64,000 bases of DNA. It comes from Candidatus Eiseniibacteriota bacterium. Its GTDB lineage: Bacteria > Eisenbacteria > RBG-16-71-46. The notes under the pieces are model-generated. The model was not told the DNA's origin, made no database searches, and was given only the letters and a program-made list of their open reading frames with translations. Of the stretch, positions 12,487 through 22,488 are shown in pieces. Position 1 is the first letter of the stretch. Every line of letters begins with the position of its first letter. The translations under genes and the position numbers were made by a program. The stretch spans positions 256,001-320,000 of the forward strand of contig OY970178.1 of the NCBI GenBank assembly GCA_963707915.1, given 5' to 3'.

Positions 12487-12655
12487 CACCGGTGTCCTCC
12501 CCGCGCCGCGGGCGCGCCCTTCACCGGGCGCGCCCTTCGTGCATCCGGCTGAAGCGTCGCGCCCGCCGGGACCGGGCAGCCGCCGCTTGACGCCGGCGAA
12601 CCGGCTGCGACATCCTGCGCGATCATGACCCTCGCTTCCCCCGGGCCCGCCTGAG

Positions 12656-13315
12656 GTGTTCCACTCGCTGCTGACGCTCTGGTTCGACCTCACGCTCCGG
12701 TGGGGCTACGCGGGCGTGTTCACCCTCATGGCCATCGAGTCCACCGTGTTCCCACTGCCCAGCGAGGTCGTGGTCCCGCCGGCGGCCTACCTGGCGACGC
12801 AGGGACACCTGCACTTCTGGGGCGTGGTAGCCGCCGCCACGCTGGGCTCGTGGGCGGGCTCCGCGCTCTCCTACTGGGTGGCGCGCGCGGCGGGCCGGCC
12901 GCTGCTGCTGCGCTACGGCCGCTACGTGTTCGTGCCCGAGAAGAAGTGGATGCTGGCCGAGGGCTGGATCAACCGGTACTCCGCCGCCGGCATCTTCTTC
13001 GCGCGGCTGCTCCCGGTCGTCCGTCACCTGGTGTCGCTCCCCGCGGGTGCGGCCCGCATGGACTTCCGCGTCTTCACCACCATGACCCTGCTGGGCTCGT
13101 TCGTCTGGTGCACGGTCCTGGCCTGGTTCGGTGCGGTGGTGCTGGGGGAGGAGAAGCAGCTGCTCCAGGACCCGTCCGCGATGGTGCGCGTGCTGAAGCA
13201 CAAGCTCGGGTGGTTCATGGCCGCCGCCGCGGTGCTGCTCGTGCTCTACATCCTGGTGGACGTGATCGGTCGCCGCATGCGGCGCGACGGCGCGGGCAGC
13301 CCGAAGGCGTCCTGA
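12656..13315 (+). CDS. dedA: DedA family membrane protein
   Basis: LMAIESTVFPLPSEVVVPPAAY, FFARLLPVVRHLVSLPAG. Confidence 0.92.
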   Translation: MFHSLLTLWFDLTLRWGYAGVFTLMAIESTVFPLPSEVVVPPAAYLATQGHLHFWGVVAAATLGSWAGSALSYWVARAAGRPLLLRYGRYVFVPEKKWMLAEGWINRYSAAGIFFARLLPVVRHLVSLPAGAARMDFRVFTTMTLLGSFVWCTVLAWFGAVVLGEEKQLLQDPSAMVRVLKHKLGWFMAAAAVLLVLYILVDVIGRRMRRDGAGSPKAS

Positions 13316-13316
13316 C

Positions 13317-14561
13317 GTGCGGGGCCGCGCCGCCGCATCGTCCCGCCGCGCGGCCCTCGCGGGGACGCTGGTCCTGCTCGCGGCGGGGATGCCCACCGGC
13401 CCCGGCCCGGCGGGCGTGCCGGAGGCGAGGGGGGAGCCGATGCTCCAGGTCATCGCGGTCGACGTGCCCGGCGGCACGCCCGTGGACGACCCGATCTGGA
13501 TCTCGGGCGACCTCCCCGCGCTGGGGGCGTGGAACGGCGCCGGCGTGCGGCTCGAACGCGTCGGAAGCGGGCGCTACCTGGCGCGCGTGGCCCTCGAGCG
13601 CGGTGCGCCCTTCGAGTTCAAGGTGACGCGCGGCAGCTGGGAGACGGTCGAGAAGGACGCGCGCGGCGGCGAGATCGCGAATCGGCGCGCCCGCTCGGGC
13701 GAGTCCGACACCCTCCGGGTGACGGTCGCCGGGTGGCGCGACCCGTCGGGGAGCGGCGCGGCGCGGCGCTCGACGCTCACCGGCGACGTGCGGCGGCACG
13801 CGGCGATCCCCTCGAGCTTCGTGCGCAGCCGTGAGGTGCTGGTGTGGCTCCCGCCGGGTTACGGGGCCGACCGCACCCGGCGCTACCCGGTGCTCTACTT
13901 CCACGACGGCAACAACGTCTTCGACGCGGCCACCAGCTTCAAGGGCACCGAGTGGGGCGCGGACGAGACCGCGGCGCGCCTGGTCCGGTCCGGCGCGCTG
14001 CGCCCCTGCATCCTGGTCGGCGTGGCGAACACGCCGGACCGCACGTCCGAGTACACGCCGGTCGCCGATGCCGGCCACGGCGGGGGAGGAGCGGCCGCGT
14101 ACGAGCGCTTCCTGGTCGAGGAGGTGAAGCCCTTCGTCGACCGCTCGTACCGGACGCTGGCGGGGCCGGGCGACACCGGGCTGGTCGGGTCCTCGCTGGG
14201 CGCCATCGTCTCGCTCGACCTGGCCCTGAAACGTCCGGACCTGTTCGGGCTGGTGGGCTGCGTGTCGCCCGCGGCCTGGTGGGCGGACCGCGACATCGTC
14301 CGCCGCGCCGCGGCCGCCCCGGTCGGGACCGCGCTGCGCATCTGGCTCGATATCGGCACGGCCGAGGGCACGGAGAAGGCCGGGGCCAGGGAGTGGCTCG
14401 ACGACGCGCGGGCCCTGCGGGGTGCGCTGGTGGCGCGCGGCTGGCGGGAGGGCGCAGGCCTGCACTACGAGGAGGTCGAGGGCGCGGTCCACGACGAGGG
14501 CGCCTGGGCGGCCCGGCTGGACCGGATGCTGGTGTTCCTGCTGGGGCCACCGCGGCCCTGA
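13317..14561 (+). CDS. Alpha/beta-hydrolase esterase with N-terminal CBM20-like starch-binding domain
   Basis: ISGDLPALGAWN...FEFKVTRGSWETVE (CBM20-like); VWLPPGY, YPVLYFHDGNNVF, GSSLG nucleophile elbow, HDEGAW. Confidence 0.85.
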   Translation: MRGRAAASSRRAALAGTLVLLAAGMPTGPGPAGVPEARGEPMLQVIAVDVPGGTPVDDPIWISGDLPALGAWNGAGVRLERVGSGRYLARVALERGAPFEFKVTRGSWETVEKDARGGEIANRRARSGESDTLRVTVAGWRDPSGSGAARRSTLTGDVRRHAAIPSSFVRSREVLVWLPPGYGADRTRRYPVLYFHDGNNVFDAATSFKGTEWGADETAARLVRSGALRPCILVGVANTPDRTSEYTPVADAGHGGGGAAAYERFLVEEVKPFVDRSYRTLAGPGDTGLVGSSLGAIVSLDLALKRPDLFGLVGCVSPAAWWADRDIVRRAAAAPVGTALRIWLDIGTAEGTEKAGAREWLDDARALRGALVARGWREGAGLHYEEVEGAVHDEGAWAARLDRMLVFLLGPPRP

Positions 14562-14647
14562 GGGCGGGGCGTGGCCGGGTTGTATCGATCCCGCCGATTC
14601 GCTAGGGTCCGAGCGACACTGAGCCGTACCTGCGCGGGAGAGCGACG

Positions 14648-15742
14648 ATGCCGACGGTCGAACTGATCCGGGTGAGCAAGACCTACGGGCGCGGCGCCCG
14701 CGCCGTGGACGACGTGAACCTCTCGATCCGCGACGGTGAGTTCCTGGTACTGGTGGGACCTTCGGGCTGCGGCAAGTCCACCGTGCTGCGCATGGTGGCG
14801 GGGCTCGAGGAGGTCACCGAGGGCGAGATCAGGATCGGTGACCGGGTGGTCAACGACGTCGCGCCCAAGGACCGGGACATCGCCATGGTGTTCCAGAACT
14901 ACGCGCTCTACCCGCACATGTCGGTCTACGACAACATGGCGTTCGGCCTGCGCCGCCGCAAGTTGCCCGCGGCCGAGGTGGACCGCAAGGTGCGCGGCGC
15001 GGCGGACACCCTCGGACTCGAGAGCTACCTGCAGCGCAAGCCGCGCGAGCTCTCGGGCGGCGAGCGGCAGCGCGTGGCGCTGGGGCGCGCCATGGTGCGC
15101 GATCCCCAGGTCTTCCTGTTCGACGAACCGCTCTCGAACCTGGACGCGAAGCTGCGCGTGCAGATGCGCGCGGAGATCAAGCGACTGCACCAGCGCGTGA
15201 ACGCCACCATGATCTACGTCACGCACGACCAGACCGAGGCGATGACGCTGGGCGACCGCATCGCCGTCCTGCGCCGGGGCGTGCTGCAGCAGGTCGCGGA
15301 CCCGTTCACGCTCTACGGGCGCCCGGCCAGCCAGTTCGTCGCCGGTTTCATCGGCAGCCCGCCCATCAACTTCTTCTCCGCCGCGCTCGACGAGGCCGGC
15401 ACGACGCTGCGGAGCGGGGCGGTGAGCATCGCCCTGCCGCCCGACGTGGCGGCACGACTCGCGCCGCGCCGCGGCAGGACGGTGACGCTGGGCATCCGGC
15501 CCGAGGACCTGCTACTCGAGGAGCGCGGGGCCGGCGTGGCGCTCGACGGGGTGGTGGACGTGCGCGAGCCGCTCGGTAACGAGGTGCTCGTCCATCTCGC
15601 CACGCCGGTCGGGCCGTTCATCGCGCGCTACCCGGGACAGGGCGTGCCCGAGGTGGGATCGAAGGCGAAGCTCCACTTCTCGTTCGCCAAGCTCCACTGC
15701 TTCGACCCCGACACCGAGCTCGCCCTGGACGGCGCCGGCTAG
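14648..15742 (+). CDS. malK: Sugar ABC transporter ATPase (MalK/MsmX family)
   Basis: GPSGCGKS, LSGGERQRVALGRA, FDEPLSNLDAKLR, YVTHDQTEAMTL. Confidence 0.92.
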   Translation: MPTVELIRVSKTYGRGARAVDDVNLSIRDGEFLVLVGPSGCGKSTVLRMVAGLEEVTEGEIRIGDRVVNDVAPKDRDIAMVFQNYALYPHMSVYDNMAFGLRRRKLPAAEVDRKVRGAADTLGLESYLQRKPRELSGGERQRVALGRAMVRDPQVFLFDEPLSNLDAKLRVQMRAEIKRLHQRVNATMIYVTHDQTEAMTLGDRIAVLRRGVLQQVADPFTLYGRPASQFVAGFIGSPPINFFSAALDEAGTTLRSGAVSIALPPDVAARLAPRRGRTVTLGIRPEDLLLEERGAGVALDGVVDVREPLGNEVLVHLATPVGPFIARYPGQGVPEVGSKAKLHFSFAKLHCFDPDTELALDGAG

Positions 15743-15812
15743 GGCACCGCGCGGAACTCGAAGCGCCCCGCCGCAGCGCAGCGCGGCGGGGCGCTTCGTT
15801 CGTCCGGCGAGA

Positions 15813-18515
15813 CTACTTCCCCGGCGTGGACTTCGCGGGCGCGCCCGGCTTCGCCAGCTTGAAGAGGCGACCGCTCTCCGGCGCGAGCGCGATCCTCGCG
15901 GCGCCGTCCCACGCCTCGGTCGTGCCGGCCAGCACGTCGAAGGCCTTGACGCTCCCGCCGAGCGCCGCGAGGTCCACGGGCACCTCGGCGGCCTCCTTGC
16001 CCGCGTTGAGCGCGACCAGCCACAGGTCCCCGCCGCCGGCGCGCACGTAGGCGTACGACTTGCCCTGGGCGTAGACCGTGCGGAAGTCGCCGGTGCGCAG
16101 CGCGGCGCTGGAGTGCCGCGTGGCCGTGAGCTTCTTGTAGTAGTCGAGCAGTTCGACCCGCCACGCGTCGCGGGCGTAGTCCCAGTAGAAGGGCCGGCGG
16201 CAGTCGGGGTCCTTGCCGCCCTCCATGCCCACCTCGTCGCCGTAGTAGATCTGGGGCGCGCCGACGTAGGTCATGGCGAACAGGGCGGCGAGCTTGAGAC
16301 GCTTGACGTTCCCGTTCACCTGGGTGAGGAAGCGCGGCGTGTCGTGGCTGTCGATCAAGTTCATCTGCGCCTCGACCGCCTGGCTCGGGTAGGCGAGCCG
16401 CCCCTGCGAGAGCGAGCCGTCGAACTCGGCGGCCGTGCCCTGGCCCAGGCCGAGGAACTTCGTGACCGGGTCGCGGAAGAAGGCGTAGTTCATCACCGCG
16501 TCGAAGACCCCGGGCTTCACCCAGTCGGTGGCGTTGCCCCACAGCTCGCCGACGATGTAGGCGTCGGGCTTGACCTTCTTCACCCGCTCGTTGAACAGCT
16601 TCCAGAACCAGCGGGGCACCTCGTTCGGGACATCGAGCCGCACGCCGTCGGCGTCGGCCACCTTGAGCCAGTACTCGGTCGTGTCGAGCAGGTACTGGAC
16701 CAGCGCGATGTTGGGCTGGGCGTCCTTGATGTCCTGGATGGTGCCTTCCTGCGGCCGCGTGTGCGCGAGGTCGAAATTGAGGGCGGGCAGGTCCCCGAAG
16801 CCCCACCAGCACTGGTAGTAGTCCGCCGGCTTCCACGGGCCGTCGACGTTCGGCCAGCCCTGCGGCAGCGGCCAGCGCTTGAACTCGAACCAGCTGTAGT
16901 AGGGGCTCTGCACACCCTTGTCGACCGCATCCTTGAACATGTACGACGTGTTGCCGCAGTGGTTGTAGACGATGTCGAGGACGATGCGGATGCCCCTGGC
17001 CTTCGCCTGCTTCACGAACGCGGCGAACTCCTCGTTGGTGCCGAAGTGCGGGTCGATCTTCGCGTAGTCCGCGGCGTCGTACTTGTGCGCCGATTTGGCC
17101 TGGAAGAGCGGGTTGAAGTAGATGACCGTGATGCCCAGGTCCTTCAGGTAGTCGAGCTTCTGCCGCACGCCCTCGATGTCGCCGCCGTAGAACACCATCC
17201 AGTCGCGGCCGTCCTGGGTGTAGGGGTTGCCGCTCAGCGCCTGCCAGTGGTTCCAGTCGCGATCCAGGTGGTAGTACTCCTGGTAGTCGGTGTTGAGCCT
17301 CCCGCTCGCGGGTGGCTGGTTGCGGCCCTGGTAGTACCACTCGGTGAAGTCGGGGTCGTTCGCGGTGCTGCCGTTGCGGAAGCGCTCCGGGTAGATCTGG
17401 TAGAAGATGCCGTTCCGGACCCAGTCCGGCGTGACGAAGGCGGGGAAGCGCGATTCCGCGTAGGCGAAGCGGCCTTCGGCGGCCGAGACCTTGAGACCGG
17501 CGCTCGTCAGGTACCAGCTCTTCGCCCCGTCACGGTAGCGGAACACGTACGGGGTCTCCCCGGCCGGCATCCTCACCTCGGTCCGGTAGTAGTCGTAGAC
17601 CTTGTCGCGGTTGGTCCAGCGCATCGGCGTCACCAGTTCCTTCGCGCCCTCGAAGCGGACCAGGTCCACGCCCTCCACGTCGTCCGCGTGGGCGCGCGCC
17701 GTGAACTCGACGAGCCCGCCGCCGCGGTTGTTGACCTCGTTCGCGCCCTGCCCGTGCGCGATGCCGTCGGGGTAGACCTTGCCGTCGCCGCGCTTCACCT
17801 CGATCTTCGGGAAGCGTTCGTCGACGTTCTTGACGGAGTTCTTGCCGCCGAAGCCGTCGTCGAGCTCGGCGTCCTGTCCGACCTTGTCCTGGGTCCAGCC
17901 GTTGTCGCCCACCACGAACTTGTACTGGTAGGTCCCCGCGGGCAGCAGCAGCGTGGCCGCGAAGTCGCCGTTGGCGTCCGGGCCGGCGAGCGGGTTCTTG
18001 CCCACGGTCCAGTCGTTGAACGTGCCCGCCACGCTGACGCGCTCCACCCGGGTCCCCGGGCGGAACACGAACGGCACCTGGTGGAGCCCGACGCCGGCCT
18101 GGGCCGCGGCCTTCTTCGGCGCGGCGCCGTAGCCGGCCACGAGCGGCTCGTCCTTCAGCACCAGCACCGCGTTCTGCCCGCCGAACCCGTCGGGCGAGGT
18201 GTCCGCGGCGTTCTCGTCGGCGAACCACTGGTCGCCATTCACCACGAACTTGTACTCGACGCGGCCGGGCGGGATCTCGACCGGGGCCTCCCAGACGCCG
18301 TCCTTGTTGTCGTCGTTCAGGGGATTGGCCTTGACGTCCCAGCCGTTGAAGTTGCCCGCCACGGCGACGCTGTTCACGCCGCCGATGACCGGCTGGTAGC
18401 GGAAGGTGACCTTGGTGGCCCACGCGGCCGTGGCGACGAGCAGCAGGCCGATCGTGGCCACGGTCGCGACGAACGCGCGGGAGCCCCGCGGTCCTGGGAG
18501 CGGCGTCCTCGTCAT
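15813..18515 (-). CDS. Exported GH13 neopullulanase/cyclomaltodextrinase-like enzyme with two N-terminal CBM48-like domains
   Basis: Signal (AWA|TK); VAGxFNxW...YKFVV...DGFGGxNxV twice; FYQIYPERFRNG, YGGDIEG, DIVYNH, DGVRLDV, IVGELW, LIDSHD; no CTD. Confidence 0.92.
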   Translation of the reverse strand: MTRTPLPGPRGSRAFVATVATIGLLLVATAAWATKVTFRYQPVIGGVNSVAVAGNFNGWDVKANPLNDDNKDGVWEAPVEIPPGRVEYKFVVNGDQWFADENAADTSPDGFGGQNAVLVLKDEPLVAGYGAAPKKAAAQAGVGLHQVPFVFRPGTRVERVSVAGTFNDWTVGKNPLAGPDANGDFAATLLLPAGTYQYKFVVGDNGWTQDKVGQDAELDDGFGGKNSVKNVDERFPKIEVKRGDGKVYPDGIAHGQGANEVNNRGGGLVEFTARAHADDVEGVDLVRFEGAKELVTPMRWTNRDKVYDYYRTEVRMPAGETPYVFRYRDGAKSWYLTSAGLKVSAAEGRFAYAESRFPAFVTPDWVRNGIFYQIYPERFRNGSTANDPDFTEWYYQGRNQPPASGRLNTDYQEYYHLDRDWNHWQALSGNPYTQDGRDWMVFYGGDIEGVRQKLDYLKDLGITVIYFNPLFQAKSAHKYDAADYAKIDPHFGTNEEFAAFVKQAKARGIRIVLDIVYNHCGNTSYMFKDAVDKGVQSPYYSWFEFKRWPLPQGWPNVDGPWKPADYYQCWWGFGDLPALNFDLAHTRPQEGTIQDIKDAQPNIALVQYLLDTTEYWLKVADADGVRLDVPNEVPRWFWKLFNERVKKVKPDAYIVGELWGNATDWVKPGVFDAVMNYAFFRDPVTKFLGLGQGTAAEFDGSLSQGRLAYPSQAVEAQMNLIDSHDTPRFLTQVNGNVKRLKLAALFAMTYVGAPQIYYGDEVGMEGGKDPDCRRPFYWDYARDAWRVELLDYYKKLTATRHSSAALRTGDFRTVYAQGKSYAYVRAGGGDLWLVALNAGKEAAEVPVDLAALGGSVKAFDVLAGTTEAWDGAARIALAPESGRLFKLAKPGAPAKSTPGK

Positions 18516-18627
18516 GGCTCGATACTCCTTGAGGGGGTTCGCGAAGTCCGGCGCGGGGGAGTCCCGCGCCGGTGGGTCGGTCGGAAGTCCGAAGCGCCGC
18601 CCGGTGCGGGCGGCGCTTCGCGCAGGC

Positions 18628-20409
18628 TCACTTCACGGTGACGACCGAGTTCTTGCCGCCGTACGGATCGGCCTTGGACTCGGGATTGGCCTCGTCGATC
18701 TTCCAGGTGGTGCCGTTCACCACGAACTTGTACTCGTGGGTGCCGGGCGGCAGCTTCTTCGTGATGCTCCAGGTGCCGTCCGCCTGCTTCGCCAGCGGGT
18801 CGGCGGCGATCGCCCAGCCGTTGAACGCCCCGGCGAGCGCCACGCTCGTGGCCGCCCCGGCGAAGGTGAACACCACGCCGTCCGCGGTCGGGACGGGCGC
18901 GCGGCCCTTGCCCGCGGGGGTCGCCGTGGCGGCAGCCGGGGCCGCCGCAGTGGCCGCGGGCGCCGCCGCGCCGCCCACGATCACGACCGAGTTCTTGCCG
19001 CCATAGCCGTCGTCGGCCGTCTCCTGCGCGTTCGGGTCTTCCTTCCAGTTCGTGCCGTCGATCACGAACTTGTACATGTAGCGGCCGGGCTCGAGCTTCC
19101 GGGTGAGGGCCCAGCTGCCGTCGGCCTGCTTGGTGAGCGGATCGGCGGTGGTGTTCCAGGCATTGAACTCGCCGGCCACCGCGACCGAACCGCCGCCGCC
19201 CTTCCAGGCGAAGGTGACGCCGCCGGCGGAGGCCGCGGGCGCCGCGGGTGCGGCCTTCGCCACGGGCGCTGCGGATGCGGCAGGGGTCGCGCCGCCCACG
19301 ATCACGACCGAGTTCTTGCCGCCATAGCCGTCGTCGGCCGTCTCCTGCGCGTTCGGGTCTTCCTTCCAGTTCGTGCCGTCGATCACGAACTTGTACATGT
19401 AGCGGCCGGGCTCGAGCTTCCGGGTGAGGGCCCAGCTGCCGTCGGCCTGCTTGGCGAGCGGATCGGCGGTGGTGTTCCAGGCGTTGAACTCGCCGGCCAC
19501 CGCGACCGAACCGCCGCCGCCCTTCCAGGCGAACGTGACGCCGCTGGCGCCGTGGACGGCGCCCGTCCCGGGGGGGGGCGTGGCGTGGGCGGTGGCCGCG
19601 ACCTGCCGGGCCCCCGGCGGCGGGGTGAAGGTGAACAGGGCGGGGTCCGCAGGCTCCCCCAACGTCAACTTGCTGGAGATGAACTCCCCGAGGCAGGGGA
19701 TGGTGCGTCCGCACATGCCCAGGCGATACTCGGCGCGCAGCGGCAATCCGCTCGCACGGTCCAGCCAGAGCCGGATGGACGCCATCGGGTCCCCCGCATC
19801 GACCCGGTCGCACTCGTAGTGCTGCCCGCCGACGTCCAGGCGCACCGGCCCCGCGAGACTCACCTTCGTTCCGCCCTCGAGGACGGTGCCCGCCAGAAGT
19901 GCATAGGTCGCCGGGAGCGCGCTCAGGGCGGTCCTGGCTGCTTCGCCGATCTCGGGGCTCTCGGAATCGATCGGGTCCCCGGCCTTCCAGGGGCGGCTCG
20001 CGTATCGCCCCTCCTCCGGCGAATAGGCCCACAGCGTCTGCCCGTCGAAGACGATCAGGTCGACGCCCTTGGGCCCGGTGACCTCCGCGCGCTCCCGGCC
20101 GTCGGCGGCCCTGAAGTAGCGGAACGGCTGCCGGTGGTCGGATTCGGTGTACTTCACGTGGACGGTGCCCTCGATGGCGTAACCGCCCGCTTTCGCCAGC
20201 GCGCCGTCGAGCCCGCGGATCAGCGCGATCCCGCGCGCGTCACCCGTGGGTGCAGCCGGCTGCCCGGTGTCCGCGGCCTTCGCGGCGGGCGCGGTGGACG
20301 CGGCGGACGCGGCGGTTCCGGGAGGCGCGGCGTTGCGCCAGCCTCCCGCGCAGCCGGTCACGGCGAGCGCCACCAGGACCGCAGGAATCGTTCGCTTCAT
20401 CGTCGTCAT
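18628..20409 (-). CDS. Lipoprotein with LolA-like domain and three CBM48 (AMPK-like glycogen-binding) domains
   Basis: ATGA coupling at 20406-20409; lipobox VTGC; LIVFDGQTLWAYSP and LFTFTPPPGA (LolA-like); three VAxAGxFNxW...YKFVxxG...GGKNSV modules. Confidence 0.8.
   Translation of the reverse strand: MTTMKRTIPAVLVALAVTGCAGGWRNAAPPGTAASAASTAPAAKAADTGQPAAPTGDARGIALIRGLDGALAKAGGYAIEGTVHVKYTESDHRQPFRYFRAADGRERAEVTGPKGVDLIVFDGQTLWAYSPEEGRYASRPWKAGDPIDSESPEIGEAARTALSALPATYALLAGTVLEGGTKVSLAGPVRLDVGGQHYECDRVDAGDPMASIRLWLDRASGLPLRAEYRLGMCGRTIPCLGEFISSKLTLGEPADPALFTFTPPPGARQVAATAHATPPPGTGAVHGASGVTFAWKGGGGSVAVAGEFNAWNTTADPLAKQADGSWALTRKLEPGRYMYKFVIDGTNWKEDPNAQETADDGYGGKNSVVIVGGATPAASAAPVAKAAPAAPAASAGGVTFAWKGGGGSVAVAGEFNAWNTTADPLTKQADGSWALTRKLEPGRYMYKFVIDGTNWKEDPNAQETADDGYGGKNSVVIVGGAAAPAATAAAPAAATATPAGKGRAPVPTADGVVFTFAGAATSVALAGAFNGWAIAADPLAKQADGTWSITKKLPPGTHEYKFVVNGTTWKIDEANPESKADPYGGKNSVVTVK
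18967..19544. repeat. Two ~257-bp near-identical direct repeats (18967-19223, 19288-19544; period 321) encoding CBM48 modules
   Basis: Direct comparison; only three mismatches seen. Confidence 0.9.
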
Positions 20410-22040
20410 CTCCTCGGGCTCGACAGCGGTGCGGCCGCGGCCTGGATGCTCAGGGTCTGGCGCCGCTCGTCGAGCGTGAAGGTGTAGTTGCCGGTCGTCG
20501 GGAAACTGGCGCGAACGGCGTTGGTGGAGCTGCCGCCGCCCGTCACCAGTCGGGTGGGCTGGTTCGAGACCGGGACGCTCAACGTGGTCCCCGGGTCGCC
20601 GCCGTAGGCGGGGTCCACGAATCCCCCGTTGCGGGCGAACTTGAAGTCGTGCACGCCCGCCGTGATCGGCGTGGTCGTCGTCGCCACCCACGCGAGGTCG
20701 CCGTTCAAGTCGGCGGCGAGCGCGCCGGCGGACCAGCCGTTGAAGTCCCCGGCCACGTTGATGGTGTTGGCGAGCAGGAAGAAGTCGGTCACCAGGTTCA
20801 GCGTGCCCAGGTTCGCGACGCCGCTGCCGACCGTGACCGGCACCTCCACCGTGGGATAGAGCGGGGAACTGAGCGTGAGCCGGTAGGTGGCCTGGTCCAG
20901 GTCCGTCAGGTCGAGCGTGTTCCCGCTGGTCGGGATGAGGAGCGAGTCGAGCCGCTCGGTGCCCCAGTAGAGCTTCGCCGTCGTGGGCGGGTAGGGCGGG
21001 GTGGTGATGGGCAGGGCGTAGGGGTCGTAGGCGAGCGTCGCGTGGATGCCGCCGGGCAGGGTCGCGACGTTGTAGACGAACGAGCCCTCGATCGTGTGGT
21101 CGGCCGTGACGTTCGCCAGGGTGTAGGCGGTGTCCGTGCTGACGACGCTCCCGTCCAGCGATATGGCGTCCACCTTGTAGTGCGGCCACGGCACGAGGCT
21201 GAAGTGCTGGCTCGCACCGCGGGTCAGGGTCAGGTCCCCGACCGGGACCATCGTGCCGTGCAGTCCCGCCGACGCGTGGATCACGTAGTTCTGGCCCGAC
21301 GTGGACACGGTGCCGAGGTCCTTCATGCTGTTCCCGACCACGACGTCGGTCAGGGTGAATGACGGCTGCCCGGGCACGCGGAACAGCACGTTGTAGGTCC
21401 CGGCCACGAGCCCGGTGATGGTGAACCGGCCATCGGTGCCGCTGAACACCGCGGGGGCCCCGGGACCGATCCTCAGGATGGAGTAGGTCGGCGGGGCCGG
21501 GTTCTCGTCCAGCGCGCAGACCGACGCGCCGGCGGCCGTCGCGGCCACGTTGGCCATGAGGTTCTTGCCGCCGCCCGGATCGGTCTTCAGGCTGCCGGCC
21601 AGGCCGTCGAGCTCCGTGGCCGCGAGCACGGAGCAGTAGGCGTTCGCCCAGGCCGAATTGATCACGAACTTCCATTCGATGGGGCCCGACGGCATGGTCA
21701 GCGTGTCCACCCACGCCTTCGGGGCCAGCTGGGTGAGCCGCGGGTTCCCGGCGCCGCCCGGCGTCCAGGCGGGCGTGAGGAAGCTCCCGGCGAGCTCCAT
21801 GGTCGTGGACGTCGAAGGCGTCGCGCCCTGGATCCGCGCGACCATGACCAGGACGGGCGGGTGCGGGGCGGGAGTGCCGAAGTCGAGCTGGCCGGTGATG
21901 GCGGCGACGGCGGGCGGCGCCGGCGGCTGCCCGCTGGGGGAGAGGATCATGTCGGCGCGGTTCCGGCCGCAGGCGCCCGCCCCCATGAGGAAGCCCGCTG
22001 CCGCGCCGAACAGGATCGTGCGCTTGAGGATGCTGCTCAT
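20406..22040 (-). CDS. Lipoprotein with carbohydrate-binding-like (SusE/F- or CBM48-like) modules, carboxypeptidase-regulatory-like and InlB-B-repeat-like domains
   Basis: Lipobox GAGAC; IEWKFVINSAW; DGRFTITGLVAGTYNV; NVAGDFNGWS...HDFKFARNG. Confidence 0.7.
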   Translation of the reverse strand: MSSILKRTILFGAAAGFLMGAGACGRNRADMILSPSGQPPAPPAVAAITGQLDFGTPAPHPPVLVMVARIQGATPSTSTTMELAGSFLTPAWTPGGAGNPRLTQLAPKAWVDTLTMPSGPIEWKFVINSAWANAYCSVLAATELDGLAGSLKTDPGGGKNLMANVAATAAGASVCALDENPAPPTYSILRIGPGAPAVFSGTDGRFTITGLVAGTYNVLFRVPGQPSFTLTDVVVGNSMKDLGTVSTSGQNYVIHASAGLHGTMVPVGDLTLTRGASQHFSLVPWPHYKVDAISLDGSVVSTDTAYTLANVTADHTIEGSFVYNVATLPGGIHATLAYDPYALPITTPPYPPTTAKLYWGTERLDSLLIPTSGNTLDLTDLDQATYRLTLSSPLYPTVEVPVTVGSGVANLGTLNLVTDFFLLANTINVAGDFNGWSAGALAADLNGDLAWVATTTTPITAGVHDFKFARNGGFVDPAYGGDPGTTLSVPVSNQPTRLVTGGGSSTNAVRASFPTTGNYTFTLDERRQTLSIQAAAAPLSSPRR

Positions 22041-22071
22041 CGTAGGGCTCTCCGATTGATTCCCGCCGGCA

Positions 22072-22470
22072 TCAGCGGACGTCGATCACCGAGTTGTGAC
22101 CGCCGTAGCCGTCGTCCGTCCACTGGGGGTTGTTGGGGTCTTCCTTCCAGTTCACCCGATCCACCACGAACTTGTACAGCTTGCGCCCGGGCGGGAGCTT
22201 CTCGGTGCGCACCCAGAGGCCGCTGCCCGGGGGGCTCTCTTCCATCACGCCCACGTTGAAGCTGCCGGTCTGGGCCTGCCCCGCGAGCCAATTGTTCTCG
22301 GGCCAGTCCCCGGCGAGCTGCACCGTCCGCGCCGAGGGCGAGAAGAAGCGGAAGGTCACGCCGCTCGGTCCCTGCGTGGGGGGCGGCAGGCGGCGCTTGA
22401 CGAAGTTGAGAGTGCTGCACCCGGCGACCAGCAGGCCGAGGGCGAGCAGCAGGAGGGTCAGGTGTCGCAT
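22072..22470 (-). CDS. Small lipoprotein consisting of a single CBM48-like domain
   Basis: Lipobox VAGC; VQLAGDW...YKFVVDRVNWKEDPNNP..DDGYGGHNSV. Confidence 0.85.
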   Translation of the reverse strand: MRHLTLLLLALGLLVAGCSTLNFVKRRLPPPTQGPSGVTFRFFSPSARTVQLAGDWPENNWLAGQAQTGSFNVGVMEESPPGSGLWVRTEKLPPGRKLYKFVVDRVNWKEDPNNPQWTDDGYGGHNSVIDVR

Positions 22471-22488
22471 GGGGCTCCCCGCGGCCGG

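Noticed and set aside
18967..19544. Direct repeats as CRISPR or DGR template/variable repeats
   Set aside because: Both copies are in-frame coding domains, there are no spacers, and no cas or reverse transcriptase gene is in the window
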